In this document: positions 12,553 to 22,980 of the stretch, piece by piece
Layout: every line of letters starts with the position of its first letter
How positions within the stretch are numbered: the first letter of the stretch is position 1
Origin: Amphiscolops sp. MND2022
Lineage: Eukaryota
Reading direction: 5' to 3'
Assembly: GCA_964187785.1 (NCBI GenBank)
Contig: OZ076412.1
Coordinates: forward strand, 30,318,001 to 30,382,000
DNA length: 64,000 nt
Made by a program: the position numbers and the translations under genes
Notes under the pieces: model-generated
The model's database searches: none
The model's input: the letters and a program-made list of their open reading frames with translations, nothing else
What the model was told of the DNA's origin: nothing

Positions 12553-13868
12553 CAGTTTAACTTCAGTATTACACACCTCGCTGGGAGAAAACGCTCAAGT
12601 ACGTTATTCTGAAGTGTGTATTATAGGCAAAAAAAGACCAAATGATAAAAATCAATTGAAAAAATCAGTTATGGAAGTTTGAACTTTATTCTCCATTATT
12701 GATTTATATATAGCAAGACCGATTTTCTCGGATTGTTGAGCTATATCACCGAGTCCCATTGAGCGCAGCTTCCGAGCAAGTTTTTCGGTATATTCAAAAG
12801 CTTCAAGATCGGAAATTTCCGATTCTTGTATTTCTTCTTCGTTTTCTTCACAATTCTGCTCATCTTCAAGACTGATTTCACAGCTTTCGATCTTCAAACG
12901 ATCCGCAATGATTTTGGCCTGTTGTTAGGGGTGTTTTAATAAATAATTTAAAAGTAAATTAATTTTGAATTAATTTAACAATTATTTCCGCTGTTGAACA
13001 CCCTACCAAAAATCAATCCCCCCTTCAGAGAAATTTTTTTTTGTTTTTTAAAATTTTTGCAATAATTGCATTTATTTATTTTCGTTAAAGAAAGTAAAAA
13101 AGGTTATTTTTGCGTAAAATATTATTGCAAAATATTTTTGAACACCCTTGCCTGTTGTTGAAGCAAAAGACCGCTCACCTCCACTTTATTTCCTCGCATT
13201 GTAACAAACCACATAAAGCTCTTTACCTAACTGGGGATGATCTCCTTGTCGAAGTTTTGTTCGGTTAGAAGGCATATTGGAATGGAACGCGTTGAAAATT
13301 TCTTCTTTTTTGGTAAGAATTGTGTTTAATGATGAAATATTAGGCAGTTGAAACCTCGAAACAATTGCTGCTTTAGCACCCTTTTGTGCTGAAACTTCTT
13401 CATAAGCTTTTATGATTGTAAACTTTTGTTCAATGGTACGTTTCGTACGTTTCGTACGTTTTGTACATTGGGCAGGCATTTTGGAATGAATTAGTAATTT
13501 ATGCGTGTTAAAAGACGCTACATACAATAACACGTGGTTAATAAACTGTTAGTATGCGTGGAAACGATGTGGAGCCGAGCACATTCGGTCTTTTTGTTAC
13601 TTAACAAATAGAGCCGGAGCAAAGATTGCTTTGTTTATGATTGGTTGCGAGACAAATTGCGTAATAGCCGAGTTTGTTTGCATGGCATTTTAGCATTTCG
13701 GCCGAACAATTACGTCACGCTATACTGAATGTTGCTTAAAAGCGCATGTGCGCTTTAAGCGTAATTTTCTAACTTTAATCTTTCAATTCTGTACGCTGGG
13801 GCACAAAATACGTGCGTTATTCTGAAGGTTACACTATAGTGCACGTGTGTGATACTGAAGTTGAACTG
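12553..13868 (-). mobile_element. Internally deleted pogo/Tigger (Tc1-mariner superfamily) DNA transposon
   Basis: 24-bp TIRs CAGTTYAACTTCAGTATYACACAC with TA on both flanks. Minus-strand transposase remnant has CENP-B-type HTH domains (KRTIEQKFTIIK...RTKLRQGDHPQLGKELY...VSGLLLQQQAKIIADRLKI) joined to an acidic tail ending KVQTSITDFFN. The DDE domain is absent. Confidence 0.9.
12926..13150. mobile_element. hAT-type MITE (225 bp) nested in the Tigger transposase
   Basis: Ends TAGGGGTGTT / AACACCCTTG with a perfect 8-bp TSD CCTGTTGT (12918-12925 and 13151-13158). Removing it rejoins LLQQQ-AKIIADRL. Confidence 0.9.
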
Positions 13869-15255
13869 TATTGCTGAATTTCGTTTTATTGCAGCGTCGG
13901 CATTTGAGAACACGCAACATCAGCTGATACATGTATCTGTACCGCTATTCGATTTGTCTATGTGTTTTTACTTTCTGAAAACGTCGTAGAAAGTAGAATA
14001 TTCCACGCCATATCGTTGGAAATTTCGTTTTTGTTTGGTAAGTTGAGTAATACTACGTAGCATTATAACTTTCAGAACTCTTTAATAGTAAAAATCTGTT
14101 TTCAAATACAAATTATACTCTGTTTTCCTATTATTGACTATAGCAATCTTATAATTGCATTTTTTTATTGTTGTTGTTTGTCATTTCAATGCAGTATTGA
14201 CTTAAAAAGAAGTAAAATTGAAGGTAACAATGTCGAAGATAAAAAGCGTCTAGATTTGTGCAACGGCAAACTAAAGTCATAAAGTATCAATACCAACGCG
14301 TTAGTTTTTAGTGGACGCTTTTTGAAAAAAAGGCAGCCCGGGTTGGGGTGGGCCATTGAAATGGCCCCGACCTTTCTGCCATGGGCTATCGATGGACCAT
14401 CGCGATGTTGGTCTGGATACCAAAATCGTCTTTCCAAGGACTCTTTTTATAACATAAGGGCATCAAATCTATTTTGAATGACAGTAAAAGAGACGCAAAC
14501 GACTATTTAATGCCTGTATATTTTTTCCCGATAGATATGAAACAAAATGAACGTTAAAGTAGAAATCTCTTTGGGACACCTGGGGAAAAGCTAATGTCTA
14601 TAATAACCGGTTATTACAGTGATTGGTTTTTCTCCAGATGTCCAAAAGAGATTTCTACTTTTTCGTTCATTTTGTTTCATAACCATCTGGAAAAAATATA
14701 CAGTGCATCGAATAGTAGTTCGCGTCGCTTACAAAGCTAGACGGTACCGGATAGTCCCCCTCGGTGTATCTTTGACGCTCTGTGCCTTTGTTCGAATCTT
14801 CTTTTGAGGGTACCTCTATTTTTTAAAGTTGATCAGGTAAAAAGTCTTCTTTAGCGAAAAACGCTTTGCATGTTTTTTGGCACTGTGAAGAAAAAGAGTT
14901 GAACTATTTTTTGTTGCCCAAGTGCGTACAAACAACAACTTAAAGATCGATATCAGTACTAGAGCACCGAGTAGTTATCGAATGCAAAAACTTTGCAAAA
15001 TTTTTTGCTAAATTCTTATCAGTTAAATGAAAGTTACTTGTGACCTAATAACTAGGCTATAGCTAAATTTAGACTGATTTCATCTTAAATTTAGTTACCT
15101 TACGCACAAATTCATGCTTGTCATGCTGATTTGACTATACATACACATAATTTGTTGCTAAAGGATCATTTTGAAGATATGCACTGCTTACACTCAATAC
15201 ACGATATTGTTCATTTGTCATTCTGACTATTCACTATTGAAATCGCACTTCTCGT

Positions 15256-15909
15256 TTGAATAAGCCCCCATCTAGAAAACAGAAAGCAAAGGAAAAGCGC
15301 TCTAGGCAATCTGACGTGATGTCTGATAATGAAAATCTTGATGTAATGCAAGGGAGTTATCAAGGAAATAACAGAGAAATGCAAGAAGGTAATAGCGACA
15401 ACGAAATGGACGAAAAGTTAAATAGACACGAAAGAAGATCGAATCAAAATGGTGGTGAATTCAGGTCTTACTTGAACACTAATCTTAGTCAGAATAGTGG
15501 TTTAACCGTAGCAACTAGTAGGGCGACTAGCTCAGAAATTTCATCAGAGATGTCTAGAAAACTCGAGGAAATGTCATCTGATCTAAATACACGCATTCTA
15601 GATGCGACTAACACTGCAATTGAGAACAGGATGTTACCGAGCATCAAAAATGCTGTTGGAGGCCAAAATTCAGCTAGAAACACAAATTTGGACCTTCGGT
15701 CAGATGTACCGCATCCAAATAATTTTAGTCAAGTACATTCTCAGGGGACTTTCGGTCTATCGGGCTGCATTCGGAAAATGCTAGCCAGGTGGCTCAGGAT
15801 GCTCAGAAGGACTTCCCGAGATTAGTAGGAATGAGTAGTAACCGGATAAATCACCATGGAGAGAAATAAGTGGATTCTAGTCAAAGTGATGAAGATGAAG
15901 GTTACGACA
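15256..15909 (+). repeat. ORF-containing dispersed repeat (retroelement ORF1/LTR-like, 189-aa ORF), same family as 1907-2464
   Basis: Basic N-terminus (PSRKQKAKEKRSRQSDVMSDNENLDVM) and coiled-coil-like middle homologous to the 1907 copy; ends ...GGTTACGACA. TTG start, no recognisable enzyme domain. Confidence 0.55.
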
Positions 15910-16930
15910 GATTACAATGCAGCTTCCACTATATCAATTAAAACCGAAAAAATTTCCACTTCTTCACCACCGCGATCACATTGTTTTCACGCGTAAGTTC
16001 CTCAAGTAAGTACCTTATGTGATCACTGTTAGTAAAATAGCACGCTGGATATGACGCTACTTTAAAACTTATAGTGTGAGTGAAATTTATTTACATTAAA
16101 ATCGCGGTAAAATTGATGAAGATCTCAGCTGCTTTCAAAATTAGAGCGGCGTCTCAATGAAACCCTCTAAAACTTTGCGGCGCAGAATTGCCGCCAAATT
16201 TAGTATGCATGTCATAGGCAGCTTGATAAAATTAAATCGAATCAGTGAAGTTTTGTTGCAGGGACGCTTCTTTGAGAATTTTATAAAATCATGGAAAATT
16301 AGGTTGGTAACCTACAAAACCATGTAAAAAGTTCAAGCAGTTCCAACCAGGGAATTATTAATGTCATTTGGGTAGTTGCAGTAATATTTAGGTAAAAGTT
16401 CTTTACGCTTATCGTCGGAGCTCTTGCATTTCAAAAACAGATGATACTCATCTGGTTTTACATCGGGTCTCACAAAAGGGGCAGGGCTCTACTGGACAGT
16501 TTAGGAATTTCGATTTTACGTTGGTAGAGCAGTTGCAGCACACCTAAAAATTGCTAGCTTTACTCTTTCTGATCTTAAATGAGTTTCCAAATAGGGTTCA
16601 AAGGCAAGTCGGTATTTATATAGTCGGTGTGTGAATCTCTGCAGAAATGAAAAAACTTCTGTTTTGTCAAAAATAAATTGCTTTTGGCGTTTTTTTATGC
16701 CTAATCAATGCGCGGACTTGGTCCGGATCCGGCTTGCTATATATTAAATTTTGAAAGAATGCAAAATTTGAAAACGAAATAGGAAATGAAGTTTCTGCAA
16801 TAAAGGATAAGAGAGAGCAGAATAACGCTGAGCAGTCTGTCGGGGAAAAAGAATTGCGGAATTGGAACTCCTTTTTCTATTTTGGTCTCTTGGTGAAAAA
16901 CTCCTGTTTCGATGTGTTTTTTTAATGTAG

Positions 16931-18730
16931 ATGGATGCGGCTAATGAAGAAATTGGTCAGATGGATCTGCAATCAAGCCAGCATTTTGCTCAATTGCAAC
17001 GAGATTTCGGAGATCGTCTCAACGAAGAAATGACTTCACAAGTTCAAGCATGGGAATCAACTCAAGTAAATATAGCTGTCATAGGCGAAACATCTGTGGG
17101 CAAATCTTCTCATATCAATGCGCATTTTGGAAGTTATGTCTGCATCGTCGGTCATTCTGGAAACGTTACCCAAGAGGTGACCCCTTATGGACAAACCGGG
17201 CGCATGACTGGATCTAATCCAGGGATATTGAAATGATTATTTTTGAACGATAGTTTCATTGATTGTTCAGAGTCTATTCCTAGAGACTACATTGCAACAT
17301 TTTTCTCTGAAGCTTAGCTATACTAGAATGACCTATTGGTCAACTTAAGGTAACTCTTAGAAGCATCCCGATTGCACTGAAAAATGTTTCCAACATAGAA
17401 AAAAAACGCACTAAGGATTGCTTCAGTGGAATTTGGAATTGATCATCAGAGAACTCCCAATAAACATCAGAGATGTTTGAACTTTTGTGTTTCTGAAATA
17501 TTTTTCGATTCTTGAATTGTATTTCATTTTTGTTGGCTTTTCAATTGTATCAACGAGAGACGGAATCATCAATTTTTCACTTTGATCATCATACTCACTT
17601 TGATCGTTTTCCAATATATTTTTTGAAATCCCTGATTCAATTGAGACACGGATCGATCGGAAGTTTTGGTGTTTTGGGATCTGCCTGGATTCAACACTAT
17701 GGACTACAATAAAGAAACATATAATGGGGTTGTGAAATTAGACCGATATCACTTCTTTTTAATCGTTACTGACAAAATTTTCACCCATGATATTCATTGG
17801 CTTCTGGGCGAAATTCTTCGACGTAATAAGAAATTTTTTCTAATTCGCACCAAGATTGATCAAGCTGTCGAGAGTGCAAGGAAGCATCCTCCCAGACAAA
17901 GTCGGGAGGAAGTTATGGCAGAAATTAGGGGTAAAATTGAAGGAGATCTTAGGAAGAGTTTAGAGGTGTTCAAACGCCAAAACCCCAACGTGAGCTATGC
18001 ATACGACCCCAACTATTTCAAAGTATATTTTGTTGACAACTATGATCCCTCAGATTACGATTTTCGTCAGTTGCGCGAAGATATTTGGGCGTCAATGACT
18101 TCTTTGCAAAAAGAGGTGTATCTAATGCAATGCAGGAGCTACACGGCGCAAATGCGAGATGAAAAATACAAAAACTTCAAATGGAGAATCCCCAAAATCG
18201 CTGCTGGTTCAGCTGCCGGGGCTCCAATTCCGGGAAGCACTTTGCTGTTTGACATTCCCCTGATCACGTATGAAGTATTGCAATACATGAAAGCATTTGG
18301 CGTTGATAAGCAAACAATCCGTGAGATGGAAGTCGACGCTGGATTTGATCCCGGGAGAGTTGAGGATCCATTCGCTAACTTCTTGAAAAGATCTCATAAA
18401 GCTCTATACACGATTCGCGAGACGATTGGCGAGCAGAGATCTGTCACAGTGCCGGGTTTGAGACATCTGGCTCCAATGATACTCGGGGCTCTTTCACTGA
18501 TTGCTGTATCTGGCACTGTCGAAACAACTGCCGAGGCTGCTGTTCCCGTTGTAGGAGTTGCTGTGGCATCTCTTCTCTCATTCGGCACATCTTCAACGCA
18601 ACTCTATTGGCGTAAGTTTTCACCTTCCTTGCAGCTCATTGATTCTTCCTTTTTTGCAGAGAGATGGCATTATACGGTAAAAGCAACATCATTATTTTCC
18701 GTGTTCTGTGCTACTGGAAAATCTTTTTAA
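16931..18730 (+). CDS. Interferon-inducible GTPase (IRG/p47, IRGC-like), coding sequence interrupted by a 423-bp insert; 3' end uncertain
   Basis: G1 NIAVIGETSVGKSSHINA, switch I VTQEVTPY, G3 VFWDLPG, YHFFLIVT, G4 FLIRTKID, and C-terminal AAGSAAGAPIPGSTLLFD helices, all typical of IRG proteins. A GTAAGT donor at 18612 means the true last exon may differ from the read-through ORF. Confidence 0.85.
17220..17634. mobile_element. Old hAT-type MITE (415 bp) inside the IRG coding sequence between G2 and G3
   Basis: Ends CAGGGATATTGAAA / TTTGAAATCCCTG. Degenerate 8-bp TSD ATCTAATC (17212-17219) vs ATTCAATT (17635-17642), 5/8 with three C/T transitions. Removing element plus one TSD (423 nt) fuses the two IRG ORFs in frame. 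Confidence 0.65.
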
Positions 18731-19709
18731 CATCTTTAACACCCCTTCTTGTCTATAACTTGACGTAACGAAACGGGGTTACGCTACGATTGCTTGCATA
18801 AGTGCACATGAACAAACAAAAAACACAGCTTCCTTGGAAACAGACATTTATAGAGCACAAATTAATTTGCCAAAAAAAGTCTTGAATTCTTCCGAAACAC
18901 AAACACGACTAAGCTTGACTGTCAACCGATTGATCGCTACAGAGAGCAGCACTATCAGTTAAAAAATACTTCCATTTGCGCGAAAACACTGTAAGTAAAG
19001 TGGATATCTCAACTAAGTACCATTTAATTTCCTAGAAGATAGAAATGAAAAATCTGGAACGAAGTTTTGGTCTCGCAGAGTCAAACTATGTCATTTAGAA
19101 TTCATGATTAGAAATCCCGCAACGGAGAACGTGAATTGCGCAAAACGGTGAGTTGTTGTTGCTGAGAATATGAGAACGGATATACCGACCTTGATGGTCA
19201 GTTTTGTCGTCCTCAAAAGAAAACATAAGACTAATGAATTCTATGGTCGGATGACTGCATGAAAAAAAAACATTCCCACAGTGATAGGTGTGTTACCAAT
19301 GGCATCTTCACGAAAACGAATGAACATTCAAGCAAGTTTGTGGGGAGATACGGCCTCGTAGAAAGGAGGAAAGAGGGTTTTTCAGAGATTTTTTGTTTTT
19401 CCAGGCTGCATTGACTTTCTGATGATCTTCACTAGACTTGTTTGCATTTTCTACTGACTGAAATGGTGTTAAGATCCCTAAATCTACGGTTAAAGCAAAT
19501 GGTCTGTAACAAAATCTTCAACTATATTCTTTCGAAACTGTGGCATGGGTGCTTTTTAGAGGTCACATCATACATTACATGACAATATGACCTTTTTATG
19601 TTATGATGTAAAAGTACCTGCCAATACTGATAGCTATGATTACATTAGTAGCTATAAAAGTAGGAACCCTGGGTCACTTTTGCTCCGTTTTTATTCGGCA
19701 TGCGGAATT

Positions 19710-19812
19710 GATTCGTCGCTCGGGAAAAACGTTGATTCGGCAGTAGGAAATGATTCGTCGCTCGGGAAAAACGTTGATTCGGCAGTCGGAATTAATTCGG
19801 CGCTTGGGAAAA
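19710..19812 (+). repeat. 42-bp minisatellite (~2.5 units); duplicated at 24079-24181
   Basis: GATTCGTCGCTCGGGAAAAACGTTGATTCGGCAGTAGGAAAT x2 plus a degenerate third partial unit. Confidence 0.9.
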
Positions 19813-21449
19813 GGCCGGGCGGTTACCTTGGAATAAGGACAGTTGATGTGGGACTTAAATAGGTGTGGCTTTATTTCTCACGTTGTGGTCTTTTATGTGT
19901 GCAGCACCATTTGATGTTTTCACCACTTGCGCTGAGGCGAATTCTCAAGTAGTTCTTGTTTACAAATCGTAAAAGGTTTGACTTGCGTGTCAATAAAGAG
20001 GGTGCATGTCGTTTCCAATATTTTGAGACGGCAAAAGTTATTTCATCAAGACGTTGTTATCATCGAGTGACTTCAAGAGATTAATTGAATAATTGGGTCA
20101 ATATGTTAACTAACAGTGAGAAATACGTTTCCGAGGTCAATTCAGAAAATTTTTTTGAGAAAACACTGAATCCATAAAAGGAGAAATCTGGATTTCAAAG
20201 AGATCTGTAAGTCGCTTTCGCCAAAAAAGAACGTAATTTTTTACTTGGGGGACTGCCTTCAGACTCTTGTGATGGTGAAAATAGAGTGTAAACTCAATCC
20301 ACGCGGGGGACATAAGTTCGAGAGTAATCGCCACCACTTTCGAGTAACATTAATAAAAATAGATCATCTTGAATAGCTACAGCTATTATAGTGAAGATTT
20401 TCTGCAAATATAGTGAAAACCACTTCAAGTTATGGAACTGCATCTGAAGTCTTTGGTAAAGTATATACCAATTAAGAATGTTTGCACCATAGCACCTTCT
20501 TAAAATGAGTTTTAGCAAACATTTTAGTACTTCAAATCCTATGAATTATGGAGTTGGTATTAAAAATACAACTACTTCATTCCTACGTTTCGACATAGCC
20601 GGAGAATACAACCAGCTCTACATGATACGGGAAGCTAGATTCCAGAAGTTGAATGTTTCAATAAATGTTCAAAAGACAAATTAAAACTTCAGGTTGTTAT
20701 ATCTAGTCATTACAAGAAGTGATTTGCATACTTTTTAATTACCAACAGTATTACAGGTATCCCTATTGTATACCAACGAACAGACAGATACTATTTCAAA
20801 GGATGGCTCGAACAGTTTATGAGTGACAACACTTTTGGATTCCTGTGGTGGTTAATTGATAATTCTTACCTGTTTCAAGGTAAAACGGGTAAGTTGAAAG
20901 CACGAGTTTTTAAAAAAATTAAATATCTCAATACATTTCAACATGTTCAAGGTGAAAAACTTAAATGGATTATGGTGGAAAATTTAACAACAGGACAACC
21001 AATAAACCGACTTTCGTACAATGTAATTCGTTCCAATGTTGACGGTTGTTGACGAGTTGAAAGAATTGAGTGATCTAATTGCAGTGAACCGTCAGAATAG
21101 TAATGGACTTTGTTGTGAGAAAAATCAAAGATGGAATGTTTCAAATTCGGAAAGAATACCCAAGAATACTAACAAGAGCCCCATATGCGGTAAAGGAGTC
21201 GGCTCAAGTCTTTTTCCTCCAATCCCAGATATACGAATTTATTGAAATTGCACACATAGACCATACCATGGTTTAGAAAAAGACTGTAGAAATTTTCGTT
21301 CGAATCGTATGGACTGTTTTTGCGAACACAAAACTGTTGAAACATAACTGTTTTTTGGCCATTTTTGGGCTAATTTTGGCTATGTTTCTCACATCCCAGC
21401 CATACAATGTTGACGCCATTGCACATATAGGACTCTAAAAAGGTGTAGA

Positions 21450-22575
21450 ATGACTGTAGAAATGTTCATTTGAATCGTATGGGAAAAAACGTTTTACTTG
21501 CTCTTGAAAGGCTCCACTGTTCTGTTTTCCGGCAATTTTGTGAAAATATCGGGAATAAAAACTGCAGTCTTCATATTCGATAATTATATAGTACCTAGAG
21601 CAACATATTCAAAAGGCAAATTGCCACTTCGGGCGAGGACTTGAAACAAGGACTTTTTTGAGAAAGTCGAAGAAAGTCGAAAAATGACGGTTTTTTGGCC
21701 ATTTTTGGCTAATTTTGTCTATGTTTCGCACATCCCAGCCATACAATTTTGAGGCCTTTGAGCAGGCAGCCCCTCCTTTGGGTTTAGAATGACTCTGCAA
21801 AAATATTTGTCAGTTATTGAGAAATTTGAAATTTTCATGAAAAGGTCAGTAGAAAAGAAAACATAAAAACGACACGATTGCATAAGTAGTCGAAAATTTT
21901 TTCCGACTCCTAACAAAAACTATTCACTGTTCGTGTTTGAAGGTTATAGAAAGTGATGATAGAATATTACAAGTTGTGCTTGATTGAAAGAAAAAAACAC
22001 TGAACTATGACCAAGAGGAAGGTGTTGTCAACCAATTTTTCCAACCATTGTAATTTTTCTCAATACAATTTCAAAAAAGCCAACCGACTATCATAAGTTT
22101 TAACTGTTATCAAAACCGTTCTTCTTCGAAAAATCCAAAAATTTTGTTTCAAAGTCTTAGAAACGCTTCAAAATTACGTTTACAGGTAACACACAAAGTT
22201 TTTTGGTCAATACCTAGTTCAAGAAGAGATGGTAATGTTGGGGGGAACTAACAATGGTAGTTTAACAAGGAAGACCATACTTTTGGAAGTAAAACAAACT
22301 AATGAAACATCGACTATTGACACAGATCTCAAGTAAGTAAAATACTCAAATTTTTATACTGTTTCAAGTACTCACCCCAAGTGGCAATTTGACTTTTGAA
22401 AATGTTGCTCCAGGTACTATATAGTTTTTTATATATGGAGAGTGCAGTTTTCATTCCCGATACTTTAACACAAATTTTCCAGAAAACAGAACAGTGGAGC
22501 CTTCGTTTGGACAGTAACTTTTCAAGAGCAAATGAAACGTTTTTTTTCCATTCCGCCGTTCATATTCGAGCAAAA
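21450..22575. mobile_element. Foldback-like element with ~200-bp imperfect inverted arms (duplicated at ~25845-26965)
   Basis: 21450-21640 (…GGCTCCACTGTTCTGTTTTCC…AAAACTGCAG…GGCAAATTGCCACTT) is the reverse complement of 22370-22575 (AAGTGGCAATTTG…TGCAGTTTT…GAAAACAGAACAGTGGAGCC). Exact ends and TSD not resolved. Confidence 0.65.
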
Positions 22576-22853
22576 TTCGATTTTGTTGTCTCAAGATTGA
22601 ACTCATCAATTACCGTAACCCCAGTCCAATCTTACCTGGATGGAGACAACTTACAGGGACACGAACAAGCTCTTTGGATCCTATTTTTACACTTTGTTTA
22701 GAGCGTAAAAAGTGAATATGGAATAACCCTCTATGCCATGAATCAGGCCCTAATCACATGACTTGGTGATACTTACTTGAACTCTTTCAGCGTTTCCTAA
22801 AGCATGTGTTAGAATCAAAAGTCAATGCATGGGAATAGTTTTAGTTTATTAAA

Positions 22854-22980
22854 GGGGCTCTTCCACTGATTGCTGTATCTGGCACTGTCGAAACAACTGC
22901 CGAGGCTGCTGTTCCCGTTGTAGGAGTTGCTGTGGCATCTCTTCTTTCATTCGGCACATCTTCAACGCAACTCTATTGAC
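22854..22980 (+). pseudogene. Duplicated 3' fragment of the IRG exon carrying a premature stop
   Basis: Copy of 18485-18611; TGG (Trp) has become TGA just before the GTAAG donor. Confidence 0.85.

Noticed and set aside
19710-19812. 42-bp repeats as a CRISPR array
   Set aside because: Head-to-tail units with no unique spacers, no cas genes, and a eukaryotic context; this is a minisatellite.
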